Origin: Gammaproteobacteria bacterium
Lineage (GTDB): Bacteria; Pseudomonadota; Gammaproteobacteria; Ga0077536
Assembly: GCA_965278995.1 (NCBI GenBank)
Contig: OZ257136.1
Span: forward strand, 1,777,458-1,841,457
DNA: 64,000 nt
Direction: 5' to 3'
Positions 9,974 through 20,463 of the stretch are shown in pieces; the first letter of the stretch is position 1, and each line of letters starts with the position of its first letter. A program made the position numbers and the translations under genes. Under the pieces are notes generated by a model. That model was not told the origin of the DNA. It did no database searches and saw only the letters and a program-made list of their open reading frames with translations.

Positions 9974-11170
9974 ATGAGCCGTTCCACGAACAAATCCGGC
10001 GGCACTCCGGGGCAAGCCCGCCACGCCGTACTACCCGGTGCCACGCACGACGAGTTCGCCCGCCAGGAGTTTGTGCGTTCGTACAAGGAATATCTCGTCA
10101 AACACGTTCATGGGGGCAATCGCGCGCGGTACGAGTCCGCCGTGAAGCCGGCTTTCGAGCAGCGCCACAGTCGAACACCGCAGGATCGTTTCGAAGTCCG
10201 CGACGCCATGACGACCGACGGCTATTACCAGATGTTCAGCGCGCTGCTCCGGACCAGCCAGGAAATGATGTGGTCGGCCTGTCAGATCCCCGTTGACCGC
10301 GAACTCGACCGCTTGAATGCGCAGGTCAAATCGCGCCTGCCGCAAGCGGGCGCCGGCGGCACGCTCAAACTCGATCCCACCGTAAAGACGCCGCGCTATC
10401 ACACGGCCGTCGACATCCACTGCCAGCCAGGCGGCTACCACAGCGAATTCGCGCAGGATGACGCCTCACCCGGCATGGTCTATGACCGCGCCGTACATTT
10501 GTACGCGATGGGTCAGATGGGCCCCTATAACGATGACATGGGCGCGAGCATCGTTGCCTGGTTGAAACAGCAGCATCCGCAGTTCAAGCCACGCCGCATT
10601 CTCGACCTGGGGTGCTCGGTCGGACACAGCACCGTGCCGTATGCGTGGGCGTTCCCGCAAGCGGAAGTTCATGCCGTCGATGTCGCCGCGCCGATGCTGC
10701 GCTATGCGCACGCCCGTGCCGAAGATCTCGGAGCGCGCATCCATTTTTCTCAGCAGAACGCCGAGAACATGAATTTCCGCGATGGGCAGTTCGACCTGAT
10801 CGTCTCGCACATCCTGCTGCATGAAACATCGGATAAAGCCATCCGCAATATCATCGGCGAATGCCATCGCCTGCTGGCCGCCGGTGGCATGATGCTGCAT
10901 GCCGAGACACCGCCCTACAAGGACATGGACGCTTTCGATGCGTTCATGCTCGACTGGGATACTCGCAACAACAACGAACCATTCTGGGCACGCTCGCACG
11001 AAATCGATTTGCGCACATTGTCGACGGACGCCGGTTTCGATGCCGACCACCAAATCGAAACACTCATTCCGAGCGCATTCCAGGTCGCCGAAGCTGCACG
11101 CTCCAAGGTCTTCCAGGGCGGTGATTTCGGCGGTGGCGGTCTGTGGTTCGTCTACGGCAATCGCAAATGA
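9974..11170 (+). CDS. Class I SAM-dependent methyltransferase with a long N-terminal extension
   Basis: ATG follows a GAGG. It has the SAM motif I ILDLGCSVGHST and a downstream acidic loop. Confidence 0.75.
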   Translation: MSRSTNKSGGTPGQARHAVLPGATHDEFARQEFVRSYKEYLVKHVHGGNRARYESAVKPAFEQRHSRTPQDRFEVRDAMTTDGYYQMFSALLRTSQEMMWSACQIPVDRELDRLNAQVKSRLPQAGAGGTLKLDPTVKTPRYHTAVDIHCQPGGYHSEFAQDDASPGMVYDRAVHLYAMGQMGPYNDDMGASIVAWLKQQHPQFKPRRILDLGCSVGHSTVPYAWAFPQAEVHAVDVAAPMLRYAHARAEDLGARIHFSQQNAENMNFRDGQFDLIVSHILLHETSDKAIRNIIGECHRLLAAGGMMLHAETPPYKDMDAFDAFMLDWDTRNNNEPFWARSHEIDLRTLSTDAGFDADHQIETLIPSAFQVAEAARSKVFQGGDFGGGGLWFVYGNRK

Positions 11171-11547
11171 GATTGAAGCGCAAAGCCAAAGGCGAACGCC
11201 CGATATTTTTCTCTGATCCCGCGGTCGACAAGGTCATCGCAATGGTCATGGGACTGGCCGGCGAAGTCGCTGTGATGCGTGACCGCCAGGATACGGTCGA
11301 ACGTCTGCTCGAGACCCGCGGCCTGCTCAAGCGCGCCGAAATAGAAAACTATCTGCCGCCTGCACAAGTCATGCAGGATCGCGCTGCCTGGCGCGAAACT
11401 TTTCTCGGCGAAGTATTGCGCATCGTCGCCAGCGAACTCGAAGGCGCGGCCAGCGGCGATACAGCGCCATATGATGCCGCCATCGCGGCCGTCGTCGAGG
11501 ACATCACGCCGCGCCGACGGGGGCGCCGCGACAAGGCAGCGTGTTAG
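11167..11547 (+). CDS. Hypothetical protein, translationally coupled (ATGA) to the methyltransferase
   Basis: The in-frame ATG at 11167 overlaps the TGA of the upstream gene. Amino-acid composition is balanced. I recognise no motif. Confidence 0.5.
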   Translation: MRLKRKAKGERPIFFSDPAVDKVIAMVMGLAGEVAVMRDRQDTVERLLETRGLLKRAEIENYLPPAQVMQDRAAWRETFLGEVLRIVASELEGAASGDTAPYDAAIAAVVEDITPRRRGRRDKAAC

Positions 11548-12599
11548 CGAAGCAGTGGCATCACCTGCTCACCGAACTGCCGGATACCGGGTACGAAATC
11601 CGGCCAGCTGAACAGCATGCCATCGATGCCGGTAGCTTGCGCGATGTCATCGATCTGACGCGCCACCGTCGCCGGTGACCCGAGTATCACCGGAATGCTC
11701 ATGAATGCCATGTTGCCTTCTTCGATACTCTGCGCCAGTGCATTCTTCAGGTGCGCGCTGGTACCGGCTGCGTTGGTATCGAGCCCGGCACTGGCCAGCA
11801 TATTGCTGATGGCACCGCGATCCGCGCGCTGGACGATATCCGCGGCGATGCGTTGCGCTTCATCGTCGGTATCCGCCAGCACCATCTGATACAGCGCATA
11901 GATACCGACTGTGCGGCCGCTGGCCGTGGCGCGTGCCTTGATGTCGGTGACGCCGGCCTCCAGTGTCGATCGCGCGCTCATCACGAACTGATGATCGGCC
12001 ATCGCGGCCACGAACTGTTTACCGCGCGGCGACTGACCGGCACAGACTATCGGGATCTCGCGACCCGGTTGCGGGTAGACCGTGCAGTCGTCGAGCTTGA
12101 AGAATTCGCCGTCGTGGGTGCAGCGGCCATGCGCCCACAGCGTTTTTATGATGTGCAGATATTCGGCGGCGTAATCGTAACGGCGCTCATAGTGATCATC
12201 GCCAGGCCACACGCCCATCTGCGCGTATTCGGCGCGATTCCACCCGGTGACGATATTCAGACCGCAGCGACCATCGCTGATGTCGTCGATGGTTGCCACC
12301 ATGCGCGCAACGACGGCCGGATGCTGGCTCAGAATCGAAATCGAAGGATACAGCTCGATGGTGTTCGTGACACTGGCGAGCGCCGCCATCAGGGTGAACG
12401 ACTCCAGGCAGGCGTCCCAATAGCCGGTCTCGCCGCCGAAGCCACGGTATTTCATCATCGACAGCACGAAATCGAGCCCCTGTCGCTCAGCTTCCAGCGT
12501 TATTGCCCGGTTATGGGCAAACGTCGGCGCATACAGCGGACTGCCGGCCGACGGAATATAGCCATTGCTGCCATTGGGCAGCAAGACGCCGAACTTCAT
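11544..12599 (-). CDS. LLM-class (luciferase-like) flavin-dependent monooxygenase
   Basis: ATG start. MKFGVLLPNGSNGY and the rest of the sequence fit the luciferase-like TIM-barrel family. Confidence 0.85.
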   Translation of the reverse strand: MKFGVLLPNGSNGYIPSAGSPLYAPTFAHNRAITLEAERQGLDFVLSMMKYRGFGGETGYWDACLESFTLMAALASVTNTIELYPSISILSQHPAVVARMVATIDDISDGRCGLNIVTGWNRAEYAQMGVWPGDDHYERRYDYAAEYLHIIKTLWAHGRCTHDGEFFKLDDCTVYPQPGREIPIVCAGQSPRGKQFVAAMADHQFVMSARSTLEAGVTDIKARATASGRTVGIYALYQMVLADTDDEAQRIAADIVQRADRGAISNMLASAGLDTNAAGTSAHLKNALAQSIEEGNMAFMSIPVILGSPATVARQIDDIAQATGIDGMLFSWPDFVPGIRQFGEQVMPLLR

Positions 12600-12754
12600 G
12601 CACGATCCTCACAAGGCCGGAGCGAAATGTCCGGGCGCTGGTGGCAGTATACGGATTTCGTCAGAGACCAAAAAATGCGTACGACTTGCGTATACTCGAA
12701 GCACTGCCTGCGCCTTCAGGGCGTCGTACCGCTACCAGTCGCGGAGTTGAGTTC

Positions 12755-13477
12755 ATGACCAGACGCTTTCTCGTTCTGCAGCACCTCGCGGTGGAACATC
12801 CAGGGATATTCCGCGATTTCATGCGCGCCGACGGCATCACCTGGGAAACGGTCGAACTCGATGCGGGCGAAACGTTACCCGATGTCGCCAAATACGATGC
12901 ACTGCTGGTCATGGGTGGGCCGATGGATGTCTGGGAGGAGCATGAACATCCCTGGCTGATCGCGGAGAAAGCGGCAATCCGTCGCGCCGTGGTGGACCTT
13001 GAGAAACCCTACTTCGGTTTCTGTCTAGGTCACCAGCTGCTGGCCGCGGCGCTCGGCGGCACCGTCGGTAAAGCGGCTCAAGGAGAAGTCGGCGTCATGC
13101 CGGTCAAACTCACCGAGGCCGGCGCAACCCACGCTTTTCTGGCCGGTGTGCCGTCGCAATTCGACGCGCTGCAGTGGCATGGTGCGGAAGTTGAAATGGC
13201 GCCGCCAGGCGCCAGCGTTCTCATCGCTTCGGCGGCGTGTCCGATCCAGGCGCTGGCTGTCGGCACGCGCGCGTTCAGCATCCAGTTTCACGTCGAAGTC
13301 ATCGCCAGCACGGTCGACGACTGGTATGACATACCCGCTTATCGCGACGGTCTGCACCGCGCGCTCGGCGAGACCGGCGTCGACGGCTTTCGTGCCGCTG
13401 CAGCCGCCGGCATGCCGGCGTTCAACGCGCTGGCCCGCCGCCTCTACGACAACTGGCGAACGACTGCGCGCGTGTGA
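12755..13477 (+). CDS. Type 1 glutamine amidotransferase (GuaA-N-like)
   Basis: I used the internal ATG at 12755. It has FLVLQH at the N-terminus, the nucleophile elbow GFCLGHQLL and the motif FHVE. Confidence 0.8.
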   Translation: MTRRFLVLQHLAVEHPGIFRDFMRADGITWETVELDAGETLPDVAKYDALLVMGGPMDVWEEHEHPWLIAEKAAIRRAVVDLEKPYFGFCLGHQLLAAALGGTVGKAAQGEVGVMPVKLTEAGATHAFLAGVPSQFDALQWHGAEVEMAPPGASVLIASAACPIQALAVGTRAFSIQFHVEVIASTVDDWYDIPAYRDGLHRALGETGVDGFRAAAAAGMPAFNALARRLYDNWRTTARV

Positions 13478-13483
13478 GGGCGC

Positions 13484-14899
13484 TCAGTCCGGAGCCGGCA
13501 GTGCAGGCCGCTCGACCACCGCCGGCGAGACCAGCGGTAACAGCATCAGCACGCGCAATCCCGGTGCGTTATCGGCGAAGCGCAGTTCACCGCCATGCAG
13601 ACTCGCAACCGCCTTGACCAGGCTCAAGCCGAGCCCTGAACCAGGCAGGCTGCGGCTTTGGTCGAGTCGCGCAAACCGCTGCGTGACGCGATCGTACTCG
13701 CCGACCGGAATGCCGGGGCCGGCATCGCGAACTTCGATAATCGCGCGCGCATTCTCGGCTCGCAAGGTGACGCCGATAGCGCCGCCGGGCGGGCTGTACT
13801 TGATCGCGTTGTCGAGCAGATTGGCGACTGCCTGAAACAACAGATTGCGATCGCCTTGCGTAACGAGACTGGAGCCGATATCGGGCACCAGCAGCAAAGA
13901 TTTGTCCTGCGCGAGCCCAAGATAGAGTTCAACTGCATCTTCGACCAGGCGCGCAAGATCGACGGCCTCGATGTCGGCATCGTAGCTGCGCGATTCGATG
14001 CGCGCGATATTGAGCAGACTGGCAAATGTCGCCAGTAGTGCATCGGCCTCGGCAACGCTGGTTTCGAGTTCCGCACGCAGCTCAGCCGGCGCCCCGCGCG
14101 CTGCGAGCTCGATGCCGTTACGCAGGCGTGTAAGGGGCGTGCGCAGGTCGTGCGCAATGTTGTCGGATACATGGCGGACCGCCGCGAGCAGCGCTTCCAG
14201 TCGATCGAGCATCTGATTGACGTGCTGGGCGAGAATATCGAATTCGTCACCGGTACCGGAATCTTGCAGCCGGCTCTCGAGACGCCCGGCAATGATGTCG
14301 CCGGTCGCTTCGGAGAACTTTCCGACCCGCGCGAGCAGGCGGTTGCTCATAAACAAGCCGCCAACCGTCGCCAGTACGACTATCAGACCACCACCGCCGA
14401 GCAGAGCGCGATTGAATACGGCTTTCAATTGCTGGAGCTGCTCGATATTGCGACCCACCAGCAGATGCAGACCGTCGCGTAACAGATAGACCCGTCCACG
14501 TGCCGGCACCACTCGACCGTCGACGCGTTGATGAACGAATTCCACCCAGCCGTCGCTGTCCGGGCTGACTTTCGGCCATTCGCGCAGATTACCGGCCAGC
14601 GGCTGATTATCGCGGGTGGCAAACAGATACAACATGGTGCCGCTGCTGTCGGTGCGGATGCGATGCACGATGACCTGCGCCAGGCGATCGAGTCCATGCT
14701 CGATGTACTGTTCGGCCAGCCCGGTGATCTCGGCTTTCAGGGTCGCATCGGTTTCTCGAACCAGCAGACCGATGGTCGACCAGTAGAAGAACAACGAGAG
14801 CACGATGACCGAGACACCGAACAGCAGGCTGTAGGACAAGGTCAACTGGAACGTTGTGGTGCGCAACAACACACCGAGGCGATTGGTACGACGTGCCAT
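13484..14899 (-). CDS. Sensor histidine kinase (HAMP-HisKA-HATPase)
   Basis: It has two TM segments, the H-box VSDNIAHDLRTPL, the N-box LLDNAIKY and the G-boxes RDAGPGI and GSGLGL. I chose ATG 14899; the ORF track starts at a TTG at 14926. Confidence 0.88.
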   Translation of the reverse strand: MARRTNRLGVLLRTTTFQLTLSYSLLFGVSVIVLSLFFYWSTIGLLVRETDATLKAEITGLAEQYIEHGLDRLAQVIVHRIRTDSSGTMLYLFATRDNQPLAGNLREWPKVSPDSDGWVEFVHQRVDGRVVPARGRVYLLRDGLHLLVGRNIEQLQQLKAVFNRALLGGGGLIVVLATVGGLFMSNRLLARVGKFSEATGDIIAGRLESRLQDSGTGDEFDILAQHVNQMLDRLEALLAAVRHVSDNIAHDLRTPLTRLRNGIELAARGAPAELRAELETSVAEADALLATFASLLNIARIESRSYDADIEAVDLARLVEDAVELYLGLAQDKSLLLVPDIGSSLVTQGDRNLLFQAVANLLDNAIKYSPPGGAIGVTLRAENARAIIEVRDAGPGIPVGEYDRVTQRFARLDQSRSLPGSGLGLSLVKAVASLHGGELRFADNAPGLRVLMLLPLVSPAVVERPALPAPD

Positions 14900-14903
14900 C
14901 CCG

Positions 14904-15593
14904 TCACGCACCAGTCGCGCTTTCAACGGCGAGCCGATAGCCGACGCCGCGCACTGTCTGCAGTAGCGCGGGTTCGAACCCGCGATCGAGTTTCGCCCGC
15001 AGACGACTGATGTGTACGTCGATGACGTTCGTCTGTGGATCGAAGTGATAGTCCCAGACGTGTTCGAGCAGCATCGTTCGGGTCACGACCTGGCCGGCAT
15101 GACGCAACAGATACTCGAGCAGGCGGAATTCGCGGGGCTGGAGTTCGAGCGGGGTGTCACCGCGTCGAACGCTGCGCGCCATCAGATCCATTTCGAGATC
15201 GGCCAGTTTCAGTACGGTGGTCGGGCCATCCGGCGCAGTGCGGCGAACGAGCGCTTCGATGCGCGCTTCAAGTTCGCTGAAAGCGAATGGTTTGACCAGG
15301 TAGTCGTCACCGCCGGCGCGCAGACCGGCCACGCGATGATCGACTTCGCCGAGCGCACTCAGAATGATCACCGGCACACGTGAGCCGGAAGCCCGCAACG
15401 TGCGCACGACCGTCAGGCCATCGACTTCCGGCAACATGCGGTCGAGCACGATCAGGTCGAACTCAGCAGTCGTTGCCGCGATCAGGCCATCCCGGCCGTC
15501 GGCCGCCACGTCGACGCTGTGGCCGGCCTGGATGAGCCCGTTACGGATGAACTCGCGCGTGTCGCGGTCGTCCTCGACGACGAGCAGATGCAT
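14904..15593 (-). CDS. OmpR-family response regulator
   Basis: ATG start. It has the receiver domain MHLLVVEDD...DLIVLDRMLP and a winged-helix C-terminus ending RGVGYRL. Confidence 0.92.
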   Translation of the reverse strand: MHLLVVEDDRDTREFIRNGLIQAGHSVDVAADGRDGLIAATTAEFDLIVLDRMLPEVDGLTVVRTLRASGSRVPVIILSALGEVDHRVAGLRAGGDDYLVKPFAFSELEARIEALVRRTAPDGPTTVLKLADLEMDLMARSVRRGDTPLELQPREFRLLEYLLRHAGQVVTRTMLLEHVWDYHFDPQTNVIDVHISRLRAKLDRGFEPALLQTVRGVGYRLAVESATGA

Positions 15594-15777
15594 GGCTGAC
15601 TCCCACTGAAGACCCGGTATGAAGAGGACATGTGCCCTCCATGCCCGGAAAGTTGCGTGGGCCGGGGCCTACGCCTGCGACGCGCACATTACAGAAATTT
15701 AATCCGGCGGACAGCGCCGCGTAATGGTACGCACTCTATCCTTCGCTCCACTGAATGATTATCCCGAGGAGCCAGAC

Positions 15778-17307
15778 ATGAAGCATTCCATCGCTCTATT
15801 GTGCCGCAAAGACCTGCGCAAGGTGACCTGGGTCGGCCTGCCGATGCTGCTCGGTGCCGCGGTTCTGCAATCGTCCCTGCCGGCTTTCGCCATAGACACA
15901 CCGGCTGCCAGCTTCGCCCAGCCGCAGATGGCCGACGTCATCGAGGCGGCGCAGCCGGCTGTAGTGAAAATTGAAGTTGCCAAAAAAGCAGGCGGTGTCG
16001 CCCGACTACAGGGTCATGCTGTTCCTTTCGGTAATGGTAACGGCAATAGCATGGGCAACGGCAATCCGCTCGAAGAATTCATGCGCCGCTTCGGTCAGGG
16101 CGGGCCCTACGCTTTCGGTCAACCAGACGCACCGCAGGGCAAAGTGGAAGGCCTCGGTTCCGGCTTCGTCGTCGACGCCGACGGCTACATCGTTACCAAC
16201 AACCATGTCATCGACGGTGCTGACGAGATCAACGTCACGTTCGTCGACGGCAAAACGCTGCCGGCGAAACTTCTTGGCGCCGATCCGCTGAGCGACCTGG
16301 CGCTGCTCAAGGTCGAGACGACCAGCAAGCTGCCGGCAATCGCTTTTGCCGATTCCGACCGCGCTCGTGTCGGCGACTGGGTCGTCGCCATCGGCAATCC
16401 TTTCGGACTCGGTGGCAGTGTCACGGCCGGCATCATTTCGGCGCGCGGCCGCGATATCAATTCCGGTCCGTACGACGACTATCTGCAAATCGATGCGCCG
16501 ATTAACAGCGGCAACTCGGGCGGACCGATCATCGATGCCTCCGGCAAGGTGGTCGGCGTGAACACCGCCATCTATTCACCGAACGGCGGCAACATCGGCA
16601 TCGGTTTTGCCATTCCGGCCCACGAAGCGGAGCACGTTGTCGCCGAACTGCGCGAACACGGTGCGGTGACGCGCGGCTGGCTCGGTGTGCAAATCCAGCC
16701 AATCACGGCGGATATAGCCGAAGCGCTGAGCGCTCACGATACCGGTGGTGCACTGGTCGCAGCGATCGTGGACAAGGCACCGGCGACCCGCGCCGGTGTG
16801 AAAGTCGGTGACATCATCACGCGCTATGGCGATACCGTGATCAAGGAACCACGCGACCTGAGCCGGGCGGTTGCTGCAACCGAACCGGGCACCAAAGTCA
16901 CGCTTGAAATCCTGCGTAACGGCAAACCGCAGCAATTGACGACGGTGCTGGATCGCAACGCGGAGACTTCAGTGGCCAGCGTGCGACCGACCGCGGGCGA
17001 CAATTCGGCCCAGGCCGACGATGCACTTGGCCTCGCCCTCGGGCCGCTCTCGCCGGACGCACGCACTGAACTCGGTCTCGAGGCCGCGTTCCAGGGCGCG
17101 CTGGTGGTCGGTGTGAAATCCGGCGGCCCGGCCGATACCGGTGGCGTTCAGCCCGGCGACATTATCGTCCGCGTCAATCGCGACGCCGTTGCCGATGCCA
17201 CTGCCGCCCAGGCCGCCTTGCTGGCGGCGCGCGCCGGCGATGCACCGGTCGTCGTCCTCGTCCGCCGCGGCGATCAACAGTTCTTCACGACCTTGAAAAC
17301 CGCGTGA
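15778..17307 (+). CDS. htrA: Do/DegP/HtrA-family periplasmic serine endoprotease with two PDZ domains
   Basis: ATG 15778 follows GAGGAG and is followed by a signal peptide. The catalytic motifs TNNHV, D...ALLK and GNSGGP are present, and there are two PDZ-like regions. Confidence 0.92.
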   Translation: MKHSIALLCRKDLRKVTWVGLPMLLGAAVLQSSLPAFAIDTPAASFAQPQMADVIEAAQPAVVKIEVAKKAGGVARLQGHAVPFGNGNGNSMGNGNPLEEFMRRFGQGGPYAFGQPDAPQGKVEGLGSGFVVDADGYIVTNNHVIDGADEINVTFVDGKTLPAKLLGADPLSDLALLKVETTSKLPAIAFADSDRARVGDWVVAIGNPFGLGGSVTAGIISARGRDINSGPYDDYLQIDAPINSGNSGGPIIDASGKVVGVNTAIYSPNGGNIGIGFAIPAHEAEHVVAELREHGAVTRGWLGVQIQPITADIAEALSAHDTGGALVAAIVDKAPATRAGVKVGDIITRYGDTVIKEPRDLSRAVAATEPGTKVTLEILRNGKPQQLTTVLDRNAETSVASVRPTAGDNSAQADDALGLALGPLSPDARTELGLEAAFQGALVVGVKSGGPADTGGVQPGDIIVRVNRDAVADATAAQAALLAARAGDAPVVVLVRRGDQQFFTTLKTA

Positions 17308-17353
17308 CCTGAATCCTCCTCCCAGGATGTCTCCCAGCCCTCCCAAGGCGTTA

Positions 17354-17379
17354 CCCCGGCTCCGGCCGGGGATTTTTTT
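17354..17379 (+). terminator. Rho-independent terminator after htrA
   Basis: Hairpin CCCCGG...CCGGGG is followed by ATTTTTTT. Confidence 0.75.
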
Positions 17380-17394
17380 CGCTCGCTACGTTTT

Positions 17395-18351
17395 TTAACT
17401 CTCTAGATTCTCGAACAGCACGCTCGACAGATATCGTTCACCGGCATCGGGCAGGATGACGACGATTGTCTTGCCGGCGAAAGCTGGCTCAACGGCCAGA
17501 CGCTGAGCCGCAACCACGGCGGCACCGCAGGAAATCCCGCACAGAATGCCTTCTTCAGTTGCCAAGCGGCGACCCATGGCGACAGCAGTCTCATTGGAGA
17601 CCCGCTCGACGCGATCGACCACGGCCAGGTCGAGCGCACCGGGAATGAAGCCCGCGCCGATGCCCTGAATCTTGTGCGGTGCCGGCTTGAGCGGCTCGCC
17701 GGCCAAGGTCTGCGTGATAATCGGGCTGGATTCCGGTTCGACAGCGACCGAGACCAGGGCGTGGCCGCAGGTCTGCTTGATGAAACGTGAAATGCCCGTG
17801 ATCGTGCCGCCGGTGCCGACACCGGCAACCAGCGCGTCGACATGGCCCTCGGTCTGCGCCCAGATTTCCGGGCCGGTGGTCCGTTCGTGGATGGCGGGAT
17901 TGGCCGGATTCTCGAACTGCTGCGGCATGTAGTAACGGCCCGGTACGCTGGCGACGATTTCCTCGGCTTTCGCAATCGCACCTTTCATGCCTTTGGCGCC
18001 TTCAGTCAGCACCAGCGTTGCACCGAAAGCTTTGAGTACTTTGCGCCGCTCGATGCTCATCGTATCCGGCATCGTCAAGGTCAACTTGTAGCCGCGGGCG
18101 GCGCACACGAAAGCCAGCGCGATGCCGGTATTGCCGCTGGTCGGTTCGACGACTTCAACGCCGGGCTTAAGCAGACCTTTTTCTTCCGCATCCCAGATCA
18201 TTGCCGCGCCGATGCGGCATTTGACCGAATAGGCTGGATTGCGTCCTTCAATTTTGGCCAGTACGGTCGCTTGCGACGGACCGATGACGCGATTCAAGCG
18301 CACCAGCGGCGTATTGCCGATGGACAACGAGTTATCGGTAAAAAAAGCCAT
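17395..18351 (-). CDS. cysK: Cysteine synthase A (O-acetylserine sulfhydrylase)
   Basis: I used the internal ATG at 18351. Motifs [21 protein letters not shown] (PLP lysine) and GTGGTITG fit CysK. Confidence 0.92.
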   Translation of the reverse strand: MAFFTDNSLSIGNTPLVRLNRVIGPSQATVLAKIEGRNPAYSVKCRIGAAMIWDAEEKGLLKPGVEVVEPTSGNTGIALAFVCAARGYKLTLTMPDTMSIERRKVLKAFGATLVLTEGAKGMKGAIAKAEEIVASVPGRYYMPQQFENPANPAIHERTTGPEIWAQTEGHVDALVAGVGTGGTITGISRFIKQTCGHALVSVAVEPESSPIITQTLAGEPLKPAPHKIQGIGAGFIPGALDLAVVDRVERVSNETAVAMGRRLATEEGILCGISCGAAVVAAQRLAVEPAFAGKTIVVILPDAGERYLSSVLFENLES

Positions 18352-18420
18352 GAGCGTTCTCCTGTGGGTCGTCGTGCGCGTTTCCGGATTGCGCGCCGCC
18401 GGCACGGCGTATCGGGACCA

Positions 18421-19434
18421 TCAGAGTTTACTGATGACCTGCTCGCCGAACAGGCGAATGTCGGCCAGCGCTTCGGCCTGTGGCGGTCCACCTGGTTGGC
18501 GCATTCGCAGCATCACATAGTCTGGCTGGATAGCCTCTTTCCACATCTGCAATTGTTCCAGGCACTGCGCCGGCGAACCTGCAATCAGTCGATCGCGGGC
18601 CGCCACTTCGAACGTCAGATCCTCGGGCGTCTTGACGTCCTTGATGTAGTCGTCATGAACATAGGCGCCGTAGTGGTAATACCAGCGATGCGTGATCATG
18701 GTCGGGCCGCTCTTCGCGACGCAGGCCTGCCAGTTCTCGCCAATGACGCAATCGCGCATCAGCACGATGTAGGGTTTGCGGCCATAACGAGCCGCTTCGG
18801 CGCGATACTGGCTGGCGTAGTCCTTGATCACGGGAAGCGACTGTATCGGATCCGCAATCCAGCCATCGCCCATACGCCCTGCGCGTTCGAGTCCGGCAGG
18901 CACCCAGCCCGCCAGCCAGATCGGCGGCCCACCGGGCTGATAGGCTGGCGGTGTCACGCGAACATTGTCGATGATGTGATACTTGCTGTCGTAGCTGAAC
19001 GGCTCGCCGGTCCACGCTTTGCGCAGGATCTCCACGCATTCCTCGGTGCGGCTGGCGCGCTGCTTGATCGGCACGCCGAAAGCGTCGAAATCGTGTGGTT
19101 GATAGCCGATACCGAGCGCCGAGATCATGCGACCTTTGGTCGCTTGATCGACCACGGCAATATCTTCCGCCAGTCGTATCGGGTGATAGAGCGGCGCGAG
19201 CAGTACGCAGGTGCCGACTTTGATGCGTTTGGTGCGCATGCCGATGAGGCCGGCCATGAGCACCGGTGCCGGCAGATAGCCGTCTTCCTGCTGATGATGT
19301 TCGGTGAAGAAGAATCCATCGAAGCCGACGGCCTCGCACAACTCGGCCTGTTCCACCAGTTCATCGATGACGCGCGCAATGTTCTTGCCGTCCGGCGCAT
19401 CCTGGGTGCAGGGAAAATAGCCCACAGGCAACAT
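18421..19434 (-). CDS. LLM-class flavin-dependent oxidoreductase
   Basis: I used the internal ATG at 19434. The sequence fits the luciferase-like family, including EAVGFDGFFFTEHH. Confidence 0.8.
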   Translation of the reverse strand: MLPVGYFPCTQDAPDGKNIARVIDELVEQAELCEAVGFDGFFFTEHHQQEDGYLPAPVLMAGLIGMRTKRIKVGTCVLLAPLYHPIRLAEDIAVVDQATKGRMISALGIGYQPHDFDAFGVPIKQRASRTEECVEILRKAWTGEPFSYDSKYHIIDNVRVTPPAYQPGGPPIWLAGWVPAGLERAGRMGDGWIADPIQSLPVIKDYASQYRAEAARYGRKPYIVLMRDCVIGENWQACVAKSGPTMITHRWYYHYGAYVHDDYIKDVKTPEDLTFEVAARDRLIAGSPAQCLEQLQMWKEAIQPDYVMLRMRQPGGPPQAEALADIRLFGEQVISKL

Positions 19435-19523
19435 AATCAACTCTCCTCGTCCGCTGACTGAAAGCAGAGCTGCCGTAACAATGCCGGGTCTGCCGCGAGC
19501 CGGCATTCTGACAAATGCGGCGG

Positions 19524-19898
19524 TCAGCGACTACCGGATGTTGCGGTCGGACTCGTCGTGCAGGGGTAGGCCGCCTGCAGTATCTGCGTGACGAGTACCG
19601 GCGCTGGGAGATTGGCCGCATCGGTGCGGACAGTCAGCGCATCAACCACGACCCGGGCAAGCGTAGCGTGCTCGATATCGGCGGGCGGGCAGGCCGTCGG
19701 CGGCGCCGGCTCGGCACCACAGACCGGGCATGGCACCACATACCAATCGCAGATGCCGGCCTCGAAGCCGGTATAGCCGGCAACCAACGCACGCTTGCAG
19801 GTCCGAACAAGCTCTGCACCGGTAGCTGCTGCGCAAGCCTCGGCACCGGCCATCAGCAAGGTCACGAACAGCATGCAGCACCACCGCCAGCGATTCAT
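19524..19898 (-). CDS. Exported Cys-rich protein, Rap1a/Tai4-like (periplasmic immunity-protein fold)
   Basis: It has an ATG start and a signal peptide. The pattern C-x12-GY-x7-C...CPP-x-I-x4-L-x2-VV...AAYPC resembles the Rap1a/Tai4 domain. This is recognition by eye only. Confidence 0.5.
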   Translation of the reverse strand: MNRWRWCCMLFVTLLMAGAEACAAATGAELVRTCKRALVAGYTGFEAGICDWYVVPCPVCGAEPAPPTACPPADIEHATLARVVVDALTVRTDAANLPAPVLVTQILQAAYPCTTSPTATSGSR

Positions 19899-20416
19899 GG
19901 CGCAGGCCTGTTCAGTTCGATGACAACGGTATAGCCAGCGTTACGCCAGAGCGCATCGGCTTTGCGCACATAGACATTGGGGTACTTATAGTAGTCGCGC
20001 AGAAAGTTGAACGCAGTCGGTTGTCCGCGCAGAAAAATGACACCATCGGCGGTATCGTAACGGGTGTGCTCGTCGAGACGCTTGCCGTACCAATCGGCGA
20101 CCTCGCTCACACCGGCTCGGGTCGCCAGCACGATCGCGCCGAGTTCTGACCAGCCGGAACGGAGGCGGCAGTCGGGCGGCTGACGACCCCAGGCGAGACC
20201 GATGATAGAAGCTTTCGGATACGCAGGTATTTCGCTGTCGGCAGTCTGCGGCAGGCAGCGCGCGCGTTTGAGATCGGAAAAGCGCAGACCAGCGAGGGTC
20301 TCCAGACCTGTCGCACTAGCCCACGGTGCCAACGGCGCCGCTGCAGCCAGGCCCGCTACCTGCCCGAAACAAAGTACAAGCGCTAGACACGCGCGTATCG
20401 AGGCAGAGTTCACCAT
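19895..20416 (-). CDS. Hypothetical exported protein, ATGA-coupled to the Rap1a-like gene
   Basis: The internal ATG at 20416 gives the signal peptide MVNSASIRACLALVLCFGQVAGLAAA. Its stop codon overlaps the start of the downstream gene. Confidence 0.55.
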   Translation of the reverse strand: MVNSASIRACLALVLCFGQVAGLAAAAPLAPWASATGLETLAGLRFSDLKRARCLPQTADSEIPAYPKASIIGLAWGRQPPDCRLRSGWSELGAIVLATRAGVSEVADWYGKRLDEHTRYDTADGVIFLRGQPTAFNFLRDYYKYPNVYVRKADALWRNAGYTVVIELNRPAP

Positions 20417-20463
20417 GATTTCCGAGTGTACGCCGATCCGATTGCACCGCGCGCCGCGGCGCC

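Noticed and set aside
17842-19461. 539-aa plus-strand ORF
   Set aside because: It is antisense to cysK and the LLM oxidoreductase, both of which have clear family motifs. Its composition is Arg/Gly/Ala-biased and I recognise no motif.
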